DNA from: Hamiltosporidium tvaerminnensis FI-OER-3-3 | Lineage: Eukaryota; Fungi; Microsporidia | NCBI GenBank assembly: GCA_022605425.2 | Contig: CM061248.1 | Span: 558,001-622,000 of the forward strand | Length of the DNA stretch: 64,000 nt | Direction of reading: 5' to 3' | Part shown: one piece after another, positions 13,812 to 27,067 of the stretch | Position numbering within the stretch: the first letter of the stretch is position 1 | How the letters are laid out: every line of letters begins with the position of its first letter | Program-made: the position numbers and the translations under genes | The notes under the pieces: generated by a model | Seen by the model: only the letters and a program-made list of their open reading frames with translations | The model's database searches: none | Told to the model about the DNA's origin: nothing

Positions 13812-16800
13812 TGTTTTACTCAAATTAAATAACTTAATTTGAACGAATGAATAGTCGAAAGACATAAATTGATAAAACTCTGATACTAACTTAAAAGAGA
13901 ATATACAAATTATAGTTTGTCGTATTTTTTTTATAATTAAGTAATTTAAGTTATACAAGAAATAATTTAATTGTAATTTTAGGATAAAATAGCAAGATAA
14001 AATATTTTTAATTATAAATTGTTTATGTTAAGATTCTAATGAAAAAAATCTATTTTTGCTATAAAAAAATCTTAATATTGTTACATAGGTGAAAATTTGC
14101 AATAATATCAGCGTAATGATTTAAATCATGTTTAAGTTAATATTACACCGGGAAAATTTAGATTGGTTATCAAAAATATGGGACAAAAACTCATTAAGAC
14201 GGGTTTGCTTTTGAATTTCAGACCAATGCAAAATCAAGATTTATCTGTGCTTTGCTTCTAAACCTTTGTCTCTACTTAAATACTTGATGGCATAATTCAT
14301 ACCAGCAGAACAGCATGATTTCTATAGTATATTTGCTTTCCCAAAATAACCCAAATAGTAATGGCTCTGAATTTTCAAAAAAATATATATCTCTTCAAAA
14401 TAGCTTCGAAAAAAAACGAAATTTCTCAAGAAAAATTTAGAAAATTATAGACAGTATCTTTGAATTCTACATAATCGGAAAACGTACAGGGAAAATAAAA
14501 ATATAAGACCAATGGAATAAAACAAGTCAAAAATAAATAGTTAGCAACTTCAAATTCCAACATAAACTTGATATTTATGATTTAAAAGAAATAATCCATG
14601 TTAATTAAGAATATTTAAAGAAAATGCTATAAGTAGTATTTGTAAGAATCACATATTTATAAGCAGGTTAAAAATTTAGGGGTATATAAAGTAAATGGCC
14701 CGGAAAAGAAAAAAGTCTATATCTAAAAATCTATGAAACATCTATAATACATAAAGTGGCATTTCGTCTAGAAATACTTGAATGGTATAAACTGCAATTT
14801 TTTTAAAGGAAATATTGGTAAGTAAATTTCAATGCTAGAAACGTGAGAATGGTTTTGAAAAGTGTGTTTGAAAAGCAAAATTCATGACCTAAAGTAAAAA
14901 AACATACAAATTATAACTGCAAAGCAGGATTCTAACTAAATGATTGGTACGTATAACATTAAATCTCAATTTTAAAGTAACAGTCTAACACCTTGCTATA
15001 TAAATATATACAAAAAAGATTACGAAAGCTCTTTTTTAGTTCAAATTTGTAAATTTTCTTTAATTATAAAAATCGATACGTTAACTTGAGGGTATATTTG
15101 TAACCTTTTGAAAAAGGTATAGAAAATCTATACGCAAGGTGATACAGAGAACTTTTTTCCAAAAGTAAAAGTACATTTTTTATGTGGAATTGGCATTTCG
15201 TTGTACAATAATTGAGATCTGTGGTGCAAAGTCTTCAAAACCTAAACAACAAATGAATTTCTATCATAAGCTTATCTTATATATCATCTCTTTCTAATTC
15301 TTTTATTGCAACACGATTTACACTTGAACATGAGTTTGCCAAGTTTTAACATTCTAAAAACATTTTTTTTGCTAGTTTGGTTGTTAGCCGAACGCAAGAC
15401 TTCCATGTTTGAAAGATAACTATTATGCCAGTAAGTAATTTATAGCTCCATGATAAAGTTAATTGCGATATACACATTACTTGCTTATTTCCTATTAAGC
15501 CTTGTACATATTTAGACATGATTCTGATCTTTTATAGAGACTCATTCTAAAATTCTTTATAAATAATATATTTTATTGTAAGGTAATTATTCCCAAAAAA
15601 TATAGCGATTCGTTTTTGGCCTATATCATTTTCTTTTGGCTAGAATTTATATTAATAAGTATAATTTCGGAAAATAGCAAATTCCAAACAAAGATAAAAC
15701 AATATTTTTTACACATAGTTGGAGTTCTTGAAACATGTGTTCAGTATTCAAGATGATGGTTTCTCTTTTTTTAAAAGAGATGTTCCACGGTTCAAATTAA
15801 CGATTGTGAAAGTAGAACCAACCATCACTTTTGCGTCATCGATTTGGTATATTTTGATGCTAATATTTTACATATCTCTTATTTTTTATATTGCAAAATC
15901 TCTTTATAGTAAAAAAAATGTATAAGAGACCAAACCATTGAAATAAAATATTGAGTAAATCAGCATATCCATGTTTCCGATTTTTCCCAAATTTTTTGTT
16001 TATTTTAAAACTGTTCAAGCTATAACTATAATATTAATAATGCAGAATGAACTTATTCTGTTGATTATTTTTATTTAGTTTTTTGTTTTTTTAGTCTTTT
16101 CACAAAATATTATTTATATGGGCTTAATTCTAATTCAATAGAATAATATCAACCACTAATAGATATAGAAAACAAGAGGATAAACTTCTTCGATTGCTTA
16201 TACATATTATGAGGATAATTATCACGCTTACGGTTTTGAAATAAAACAAAATATAATAATTTGAAAAAATAACGATAATAACGAGAATCGAAACATAATT
16301 GACAACGTAAAAATAGATGCCTATATTAGATTAATCTTCCTTACGGCTAGCAATAAAAATGAATTTCGTATTTTAATCATATAAATTTAAATGCTATGCC
16401 ACAGCATTTCACTAAATCAATAAAGCGAAATAAATTTTATTGGCAAGTTAATTTGAACTTCATTGTAACACACGTATATATAAAGCTCGAATTTGGTTAA
16501 TTACTAGGCAAATATATGTTTGAGCTTATATTAAACTTAATATACAAATGCAGAACAATATATTACAGCCATATCGATTCAAATATTTGGTTTTATACCG
16601 ATTTGTGTTTATTAAAAATGCAATTATGTATAAAAAGTGTCAAAATATCTATCTTAGAGAACGCTAGCATTCTTCATAAAATGTTCTTAAAACAAACACA
16701 TCTAAAATAAAATTTCTATGAAAGCCAGAAACTTTAATTTTAGTCTGTTTTGTAGGTTTTTAAACAAGTATTTTTACGTAAAATAAACAAATTTTTATAG

Positions 16801-17206
16801 AAATATCGAAAACCATTATTTCATGCAAACACTAAGCCCATTATGAATTTTTAAATTATATGTAAAGAAATATATGAGATTGATATAATCGGCGAGTCTT
16901 TATGACTATAATATCTATTAAAATCAAACAATTGTAGTGCCTCATCTATATCTTACAATAAATCTATAGAAGCCGTTAAGAGAATTAAATTCGAACATTA
17001 TGCTGAATAAATTCTTGATAAGGAAACCTATAAATAGTATCAGATATATAAAAATTATTTTCTTTATAGCGATATACCCCGAATTTTTGATTCCTGGTAA
17101 TAAATTAGACTCGATAGGATAAACAAAAACAATATCCTAGATTTCTTCTGATTTTTAAAAATGATAATACCAGATTCTTGACAAGACTTTAAATGAAAGT
17201 CATTTT

Positions 17207-17450
17207 TGTATTCATTCATTCATCTTCGGCACTAAAGTTCACATGATCTTTGGCCTCCGTCATTAATACCGCCCATGTTCTCTTTCCAGTGGGTTCGTTT
17301 ACATTTTTGAGTATCGAAACTGGATGGGTTTAAAGGGTGGGTTATTGTTAGCCCTAGGCCTAACTTCAACCTGGAGGATCAGTCCTTTTTAATTGCCTCT
17401 TTCAAAGCAGAGAATACTTCAAGCCAATTCTGCTCCCGGCATGCTGGTGA
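17207..17450 (-). mobile_element. Short non-autonomous bipartite RTE derivative (RTE 5'UTR fused to RTE 3' end with a (GAAT)n tail)
   Basis: The minus-strand 5' half aligns with the RTE 5'UTR at 1400-1510 (GCCGGGAGCAGAATTGGCTTGAAGTATTCTCTGCTT vs GCCGGAGACAGAATTGACCTAGAGTATTCCCTGCTT; GGCTAACAA shared). The 3' half GGAGGCCAAAGATCATGTGAACTTTAGTGCCGAAGATGAATGAATGAAT resembles an RTE 3' terminus with a short tandem tail. Confidence 0.7.
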
Positions 17451-17949
17451 ACATGATTATATAGATGTTTTAAATATTTCACTGTACATAACTTAGAAAT
17501 ATATATTATAAAATAATCTTAAGTGTATGTCCAGCTCCGAAGAAAATGTTTAAATAATATTAAATTGATTTTTGTTTTTATAAATTTGAGTTGAACAACT
17601 ATCATAATTTTTATTTATATATTTTTGCTTGTATTAAATGTAAGTAAAATCTTAGATGCGGATCTAATTCAGTTATTTGTTGCATTTTATTAAAAAAAGC
17701 ACAATTTTAGGCCAAACATATGCAAATATATATTTAAATGTTGATGTTAATTTCTTGATGTCTTTATAATTCCATACTATTTTCATTCTTAATACTTAAA
17801 GGATTCCCGATTATATGTAAAGAATATTTACTCAAATAAACTTGTATTTTAAATTAAATATGTTTTGTTCTTTATTTTTTTTTTTAACAATTTTTTTAAT
17901 TAAATAATATATATTTTAAAGTGGTTTAAGAGAGTGTGGTTAAGCCAGT

Positions 17950-18440
17950 CATTCAATTACTTCCCCAATTTTTCTTAAAAAAATTCTTCAATGTTGTGCT
18001 ATATGGCAAGATCCTACACCGTAAAAACCAAATTTGAACTATGATTATTATTGTGAAAGATCTCAAAAACAATTTTAATAAACTGAGAGTATATCTAGGT
18101 ATATAAAGTTTGAAAATAATAGCAAGTTGTCGGACGGCTTCATATTATCTTAAACAATATACCATAATAGTGTCTTGTCTAAATGTTTTCCATACCAATA
18201 TTTTTTTAGGGTTTATATTTTTACGAAAAAGCGGTGGAGTATTTGGCCTCGAATATTCCATTTTTTGCGTAACACCACTCTTTCTAAATATGATGTACTT
18301 GGATATATTTTATCTTGCTCCGAATTTTTTCTATTTTTAATCTTTACAATTTTGTGTATAGATGCAAGCAACGACTTAAAAGCTCTACTTAAGCAGAAAC
18401 CCACCAGTACGTCAATAAAAAATCCAGACTTACCAATTTC
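17950..18440 (-). mobile_element. Possible Merlin/ISXO2-like transposase remnant
   Basis: Minus-strand echoes, in the expected order, of (R)GRVV..W..G (LERVVLRKKWNIRG in ORF 18213..18404), NHS.N.V and HNIEEF. Many stops and frameshifts. Confidence 0.35.
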
Positions 18441-19099
18441 TTAAGTTTTATATATTAAATAGAAAGTTTAAATTTTTTTATAGTAAAAAATGAGTTATAA
18501 TATTTTATATTTATATTTTTCATGGAAGAATTCTTTTATAATCAGAATTTTATATTTTATTATATAGCGAACTGAAATTCAAAAAAAATCCTAACGACTT
18601 AAAATTTCTATAAATATTTGCGTCAATTATTATTAAATTAAATATTTTGAGATTAAAAATACCCTAAATGAGTTTATTAAATCAACCAGAGAGAAATATG
18701 CTCAAGTGATGTTATATTTAAAGATATTCAATAATAAAACAATCCTAACTGCTATTTTATCTAGGTCTACGAGTCATGAAACATTAGAGAAATCTATAAA
18801 TGATGGGATACAAATTGAAAACATGAATCTGTATGGCCTCCCTATATAGATACTAGAATTTTTAATTAATTTCAAATTTTGGAAAAGAAAATTCTGAAAT
18901 TGGCCAACCAAAAATTACCAAAACACTAAATGCATTATTATGTAATGCTAATTGTACTCTCTAGACTATAATAGATCATCCAAGAAATGTTAGTAGATAT
19001 GACTGTTCCGCTGCTCAATAACCTTTTTTAACCAAAAAAATATAGTTTCTAGATTTGAAATTTCAGTATGAATTTATCTACTTCGCCTGAAGGTTTTAA

Positions 19100-19500
19100 G
19101 TGTAATATTTCGTGATGAATGCAAGCCTAGATTCTTTTAATTAAGATGCTAATGTTTTTTTTTCATAGGAGCAAGGGCACACAATTCCCAAATATATGAC
19201 ACCAGAAGTAATTCCGAAGGTAAAAATATTGTGGTTTTAAGATGCATGTAAAAAGCCGGCGTTGGAAATTTGGTATTTATTGATCTCATTATAGACCGGT
19301 TTTAATATTTTAGTATTCTTTTGAGCATTCAGAATCGTCTGTTGGAAATATGAGTGTACGATTGTATTCTTACAAGATAATCATCATAAGTAAACATCAA
19401 AGGTGTCCGTAGAAATTTTGAAATAAAGGAAATCATAATACAACCTTTGTCCTCCCGGTCTCTAAATTTTAATACAAAGAATATTTTTGGAATTATATGA
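19100..19500 (+). mobile_element. Tc1-like (DD34E-type) transposase remnant
   Basis: Colinear decayed motifs: F.DE.K (~19110), AGVGNLVFID (19255-19285), QDN..K.TS (~19373) and PSRS.N.N..(E)N (~19450). Confidence 0.6.
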
Positions 19501-20992
19501 AAAAAAATGCCTTATTTACTTTTAAATATATGAATGAAGCCAAGTAAAATCCAATCGAATTTAGAATGATGTGTTATTTTAGCAGTGCAGACACTTGTTA
19601 TCGCGATGAAACAACGAGTTTTTGCCGTTCTATTTGCTCGTTGATACAATACTAAATATTAAATCGATGAGTTCAATTTCTTTTGATTATACTTTTGTAA
19701 GTTCAATGTTTTTGTTTTCTTTAAGAAATATTTTTTAAAATGAACTTAAACCATTTGTTAAAAATATACTATTTTTATAACAATCTAAACATTTTAGATA
19801 TTGAAGTTCTGTAGATGAATAATTTTATTTAATCATAACTGTTAGAATTTTTTTGAGCTATTTACTGCATAAAAAAAATAAAAATTGCATTTCTTGAAAT
19901 ATAAATTACTTTTTTGGGAGAACGTTTTTTAATCTCTTCATATTTTTTTATTTTGCATAATTTCTAAATTTCAAAAGAAAAAGTGATCAGGTAGTCGTTT
20001 ACGAGTAATAAAATTTCCATCTATATGATTTTAATGAATTTTAACTCGCAGGTTTTGATATACGAAATTTTAAATTTTCTTTAACTGCAATTCTCATATT
20101 CTATCGCAAAATTTTCAATTTCGATTTTCTCTTGTGTATTTATGTCATAACTCGGGAAATAATTCTACGAAAAGCCATAAAAATTCTTGCTAGCCAATAT
20201 TACAAAAAAATTAAGCTTTTAGAACCTTTGTGTGTCATTCAAATTAATAAACCTATATACAAGCAATTTGAATCAAGTAAAGTTTACCTGCTTTAAACGA
20301 ATAAAAGCGCTAACTATGCTATTCGAAAAAGGTTTTTCAATTTGATCATATTATAAATAAAAAAACAAAAATCTTTGGCATTTTTGGTCAGGTGTTATTA
20401 TTTCGAATTATACATTTGCGTTATTTTTTAAGGGCCAAAGATTATCATAAAAAAAAATTATGATTTTATAGCTTTGAGTATTGTTTTATCCTCATGTATT
20501 TTAATTATTCTAATTTATAACATAACAGTAAATAAAGCACCTTCAAAATATCCTAAAATATTCGATAGAAAAATTTAAAGACAAATATCGATATAACATT
20601 TATTTTATTCTAAAATTAGAAACGAGAGACTAAGAATAGTAACTTTAAATAGAATTGTTTTCAATATTTTGTCTCAAAAAATGCCAGAAAAACATCGAAA
20701 TTTCTAATATAAAACCGGTTATATAAAACCATATTTTTTATATTTCTATTTTTTGTAAAAGAAACATTCACACAATGTTTTGTCAAAATTTAAACAGTTT
20801 AAATTTTTCTTTATATTTGAAACTATAATGAAACTTAAAGTTCATTATGATCAATAAGTATTTGTTCGATTTCAATTGATGTTAAATTTCAGAAATAGAA
20901 ACATGGTATTTAAGCCAAAAATAGATACCGATTTTTGACTTGTTTAAATTTAAAATATACTAGAAATATTTAAAGCATAAGAAATTATTTAT

Positions 20993-23369
20993 TTAAGGGA
21001 AATTATATATAAATTCAGAATCTAGGTATGCATTTACTTCATTTGATCTTTCACTTCGAATTGGTTTCATTAAGACGAATTCCGTATTCTTAAAGTTTTT
21101 TCTACTAATGTTTTGAACAATTTTATAATCAATTGTATCTAAAGCAATAAATAAACTTAATAAATTTTTGTAAGATCCCAAAAGATGGATGCTCTCAGGC
21201 GTAATTTCAGTAAGATGTATCGGTATAGAAATTACTGTATCGAATAAATTAAAATTCTCGAAAACTTTTTTAAAAGCTATTCTTTCTGTTAAGCCGTAAA
21301 AATTTATATCAACAACTTTTAGGTTGTTCATTTTTGGAAAAAATGTATAATCGATTTCTGTAAATCGATAGAAAGTTAAAAATATCGAGTTAAGTCTTGA
21401 AAAATCATAAATGTCAGATAAAAAATAAAGAAAGTTTTGCATTTGATCATTCATATACGATGATTCTAAATCCAAATGTTTTTAAAATATCTTTTCGGTC
21501 TTATTTTTACTAAAAAAATCAAGAATGTTGTAATACGGCTTTCTCGAAGCTAATTTTTTAGAATTAAATGTGTATTTTCCATTTTAAAATTACAAACACA
21601 TTTAAACTTTGACAAATAACTTAAAAGTCTCGATTCGATACAAAATTTAGAATTAGAAAGAATTAAAGTCTTTGGATTGAAATTTAAAGCATAATTTCTA
21701 TCAAACAATTTTTCGTTGTAAGAACACTCGAAATTCTTTATTTCGATGGAAAATAATGAAGTTGTTTCTAAAATATATATCAGTAACTCATTAGATACTA
21801 TTATATTTTCAAAATATATGCTTTAGAGTTTTACAATATCTTAAAGCGACATAAACTTGGCTATCAAGTTTTTGTGAATATAATGACTCGAGCATATAAA
21901 TCTTAATTTTTTTAGTATTCATCCATTCAAAACGGAATATATCGTAACAATATCTAAGAAAATCGCCGTAGAAATACCTATAATATACACTTATAAATGG
22001 AGTTTGGTTTAGAGGAATGCCTTTTAAATATCCATAAATTTTGCAATACATAGGAAAAAACAAAAGGTTATTTGGCATACATTTCAATATACCCGGATCA
22101 CTATTATCATAAATATAGTCTGGTGAAACAACTTTATATGATGTATTTAAATTCTCAGAACAGAAATCTATTAAAAATCGCAAAGTATTAAAATCGATTT
22201 TACGTGTTTTTATTAAAATTTTTACCATGTTTTTGTAAGACACCAATATCTCTTTTTATTCCTCCAAGGTGAAATCAAATTCAAACTTCAAAACTTTTAA
22301 GTTTTTTAAAAATATATGATTTTTCATTTTTAAAAGTATTTTTGTCGCATTTTTTATTGAATGGATATAAAATTTTTCCGAAGGAAGCTTTGCACCAGAA
22401 AAAATTTCAAAAATACTTTTAAGTGTTTCTTCTAATGCAAATGCAAAGTAAATAAAATCTATTCGTGTAATTTTAAGTAAAAAAACCCAAATATTACGTA
22501 GAAGATATGAGGTCATCAACTTCGATAATTTTTTTGCGTTAAAATCATTTAATCGTAAACAAATTTTATTTCTTTGAAGCATTTTGTTTTTTTCCTGATA
22601 AAAAACAGAACCTTCAATCTTGAAACATGTTATCTTGTTTTCTTTTACAACAAGATAGTGCTTGGTCCTGTTTTCTTTAAAATAAACTAATTCCATGAAA
22701 AATACCAATAAATCTCTCGATAATGATCGCTTTGTATCATGGATAAGATAATTATAATAACTTTCATTTAAATAAAGACCAAAAGACAATGTATTCAGTC
22801 CATATACAAGACTTCTTAATAATTCTTTAATAAATAGATCTCTCTGCTTAGATTTTTTAATATCTAATATAGTAATAATTCTTAAGATTTCCAGAAAAGC
22901 CTTAATCGTTATTTGATTAGTAAGAATATTCGATTTCTTTACCAATTCAAGGAAAAGAAGAAAATTTGAGCTTGAAATATTTTTTATAAACACTCTAAAA
23001 GTTGTTTTTTCTCTATCAAATAAGGATTTTAAAAGTTTAGAATTGAGTAGCATATTTTTCGTGTATGGCAGTGCTATAATATCTGGATTATAATATTTTG
23101 TTGTTCCAAACTTCGTTCATGAGATAATATGTTGTTTTGAAACAATGTAATTTTATTTTCTTATTGAAATATTCTATATTTTCATTAAAAACATATTTTC
23201 AATAGTATGAGCGCTTTCTATTAGATTTGAAATACTGTTCTCTTCGTTTATAATATAAAAGGATACACTTGTAAGAGAAGCTATCAGCACACAGTAGTAA
23301 AAAGATACAATATAGGGGAAAAGGAATTGCAGTAAGACATTTTTTATGTTGAATGTATATGGGTTTCAT
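20993..23369 (-). pseudogene. Fragmented secreted/leucine-rich-repeat-like protein gene (lineage-specific family)
   Basis: Three collinear same-strand ORFs (22256..23053, 21809..22246, 20993..21475) with LxxLxL-like segments (LKNLKVLKF, NNLKVVDI, KNLLSLFI). An upstream ATG at 23369 begins a hydrophobic leader that frameshifts at a T-run. Confidence 0.65.
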
Positions 23370-23409
23370 TTAATAAATAACTTAATTACTGAAAAAATAT
23401 ATCAGTTTT

Positions 23410-26400
23410 TATTTATTTATTTAATAAAATTCTGGGTTAAAATATTTTTACCATTTTTATATGTTTTCTTCTACCTCTTTAACCACTTTTGTCTCTTCTT
23501 CCAAATCCGACTCTTTATTTATGTTATTGGTCGGTTCCTCTAAAGTGGTTCCTCCTTGTGAAATAAGGGGTGTATTATTTTTTGGTTTTAAAATTTTAAC
23601 ACCATCTTCCTCCCTTTTCGCTTCTTTTAAAGGGGGTGTTGGTTCCTCATGCATCTCTGATCTCATAATAACACCCATTGACGCTCTCTCCCAGCTCTCT
23701 TTGGCATTTAGTCCTGACTCAAGTCCTCTTCGTCGATCAAAGGAAATCGTTTCGACTGTCTTCTTAAGTACTATAGACTGAATGTATGCCTCTACATTCA
23801 TGGGTATTTCTAGTCTTTTAAGATGAGATTTATGGTATTTTGTCACAATACCGTCCCAGGTCATCACATAAGGGATTATCTCAACACTACACCTATAAAT
23901 AAGACCCAACTCATCGGCTAGCAGGTCATACTTCCTAAGTTTTTCAGTTTCAACCATTTGAAGTGAATCTTGGGAAGTGATTCCTACTTCAATGAGTGTT
24001 ATCTTATTCTTCTTCTTATCTAAAATAAATATGTCCGGTCTGTTATTCCGAATTTTAATATCAGTTTTAATTCTGGTATCCACTCTTATCTCTGCATACT
24101 CATTTACAAGAATTTCTTGAACTGAGTGACTCCTTATTCGTTTTGAAGACTTAAACTTATATCTATTTAAGTGAAGTAAGTGTAGGCATCTAACCACTTC
24201 ATTATGCTGTCTGGTGTAGTCATGGCCTAGCATTTTTTCACATCGGGTCGCTAGATGATCTACAGTCTTACCAGATTTATTGCAATGATGGGACATACCA
24301 TCTGCTCCCCAGAATACATTTCTATCCTGGATATAGCAGAATACAGCTTCATTGCGTGGGTTAATATTACCTTTCTTTAGCCATCTTGAAGAGTCACTAA
24401 CACTCACAAGCTCATTTTTTCTTGCATTATATAACTTTGAATGAAGTTTTCGTTTTTCTATTTCGTTATATAGTTTTGCAAGTTGAGCTTCTTCTAAACT
24501 TTTCTTAGTGACTTCTTCTACCAACCTGTACTTTACTTTTAAGAAGCCTTTTATTAGTGCAAGATGGGTTTTATTATTATTCTCCACCTTGAGGATTGCT
24601 GCTCGTCTAGTTTATATTTCTTAACTTTTTTCCAGACAATCCAAGAGTTGCAGAAGCATATGTTCGCTTCGCAACTCAACACTATGTAGGCCTCTTCCAA
24701 GTTCTGTTCTAGGAAGATACAAACGCTCTTTACATCCTGGGCGGAGATGTATCTTATTCTTCACCAACACCGCACACACAGCATCATCTAACCTAGAGAA
24801 GTCAGCCGGTTCAAGTCGAAGTACTCCTATGTGATAGTTGATTAACGATATCGCATGTTGATTGATTGCAGAAAATATATTTTTTGCGTTTAATCTAGTG
24901 TGACAAAGTCTTTCAACTCTTGCTATCAGTTTGCTTTGTACTTCTTCAAATGAGCTACGTGTTGGGATTCCTCTGCTATCTTCTATTATTCCTAAATATT
25001 TGTAAACACTAACACCTTCTAGAAGAGTTGCAGTATCTTCACAACACGTATCATTTGTGGCTGACTTCTCTTTGTTAATCTCTAAGCCAATCACCTCTAA
25101 AAATTCCTTTGCCTCGCCTGTCATAGCACTCAATGTGGAGCTGTCTTTTGCAAGGAGCTTAAGATCATCAATAAACAAGAGATGATTAGTAGAATGAGAT
25201 TCTGCATCTGTTTGTACTGTCACTTTTGTGTATTTTTCATTAAGCTTTCGGCTTAATGGATCAATACACAACACAAATAACAATGGTGACAAACTATCTC
25301 CCTGCAGAATCCCTCTCTCAATCTTCTTGCTCATGATTTTTTCAGGCCCTAGTGATATATCAATTTTCCATTTTGATATAATTACCTTAATAAATTTTAG
25401 GATCCAATCAGGTAAATTAAGGTTTTCAATGCATTGAGTTAAATAAGCATGATCTATTGAATCATAAGCTTTTTTAACATCAATCTATGTTGCCTTAAGA
25501 TTATTTCCATACTCTTTATTCAAGGCAATATTCAGTAGAGCCTGCTCTTTCGCTCCCTGCAAACCTCTTACCGCCCCTAATTGGTTCTCTGCAAGCAACC
25601 CTCGCCTTTCCACTTCAAGTTGAACGACCTTTGTTCACACATTAGTCGTTAACTTGTAGAGTGGGGACATACAAATGATTGGCCTGTAGTCAGAGCCTCT
25701 TTGTGGAATTCCTTTTTGTATCAAATATGTAAACCCGCTGTAAAACCAATATCTTTAAGTGTTCCTTCTAAACATATAACTTTCACAGTATCATAAAGAT
25801 ATTTGTGTAGAGTTGTAAGTTTCTGAATGAAAAAATTGTAAATACCATCAATTCCAGCAGCTTTCCAATTGGGAAGCCAATTAATGATATTTACAAATTC
25901 ATCAAGTGAAGGAAACGTGGTCGGATGATTATCTGATACAAATGGAATCAAATAACCATCATACGTGACTGTGTCATCATTTTTGTTCCACATTGTAGAC
26001 CAAAAACTCACAATTTCATCACGACTAACCACATGCTCGGATTCCACACGCTCAGATAACCCACGATAAAATCGACCTCGGAAAAGCTCAAACATACGAT
26101 TCTCTTTTCGGAATTGCTTCCTACTTTCATACATCGTAATTTTTTTCTCGTAAACATTCAAAGACTCATTCTTCTTAACTAAAGCCCCAGAAAGATCAGT
26201 TACGCTGCTCAAGTTTAAATTGAACTCTCGCATGATTTTCTTAAGGCTCTTCATTTCCGAAGTGGAGAGCTTTTCCTGCTTATGAGCCTTCTCGAAAAGA
26301 TCTTTGGAAAGTACTAACTTAGAAATTTTACTTTCTATGTTTTCCTTCCAAGCGGATCTAGGCTTTTCTTTGCGTGTTGCCTCGTCATAGCATACCTGCG

Positions 26401-27067
26401 CAGCTTGCATGATATACGCGGCTTCCGTAATTGACTCAGGTACATGAGCTCCTGCATATTCACCGACTACTCGGTTAATGAGATCCAGAACTTTACTATC
26501 AACCAATTCATTTGGATGTTTTCTAGTTCGGACCACCACTTTTCCAATTTCGTTCTCCGAGATTTCTTTGATTTTACTCAAGAATTTATCTCTCAGGTTT
26601 ATGTACTCCGTGGTGTCGGTCAAGGTGCATGTATCAGCGAGACAAGTGGCGATTCTACGTCGCTCTCCATTCTCTTCTGATTTTACTTCCTTTCCCATCT
26701 CACTTTGTGCCAATTTTTTTAACACTTCGAGAGTTTCAGTGCAGCCGAATTTCTCATTATAGTACCTGTGAAGCTCTGTCCAGCCATTTCTTGGCATTCT
26801 TTACAACCTTGTCTGTACTGCAAAAAAAACAACTCGAGGCCATTCCTTCGGGTCGGTTGTTACGGAATCGAATATCGTCCGCAATGCCATTAGCCTGTTA
26901 TCTTCCGGAATAGCTAGAGTACAGGGGTTTGTCATGTCGTACGATGGCTCGCACGCAGAGACTTCAACCGAAGAGGGAACTGGTGCATTAGGCGAGGGTA
27001 AGGTGTCAAGCCCACTATTTTGCATTTTACTGCATGTTTGGCTTGGTGGTGGAGGTGTTATTGTTGT
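23410..27067 (-). mobile_element. R4/Dong-like non-LTR retrotransposon, copy 2 (about 150 bp shorter at the 5' end than copy 1)
   Basis: ORFs 26801..27025, 25721..26797, 24621..25334 and 23457..24587 are near-identical to copy 1. It has a 3' (TAAA)3 tail at ~23410-23422. Identity with copy 1 stops at 27067. No clear TSD. Confidence 0.93.

Noticed and set aside
10013-27067. A single giant TIR element (Polinton-like or composite transposon)
   Set aside because: The arms are LINE copies with their own tails and a TSD on copy 1. The interior has no polymerase, integrase or capsid genes.
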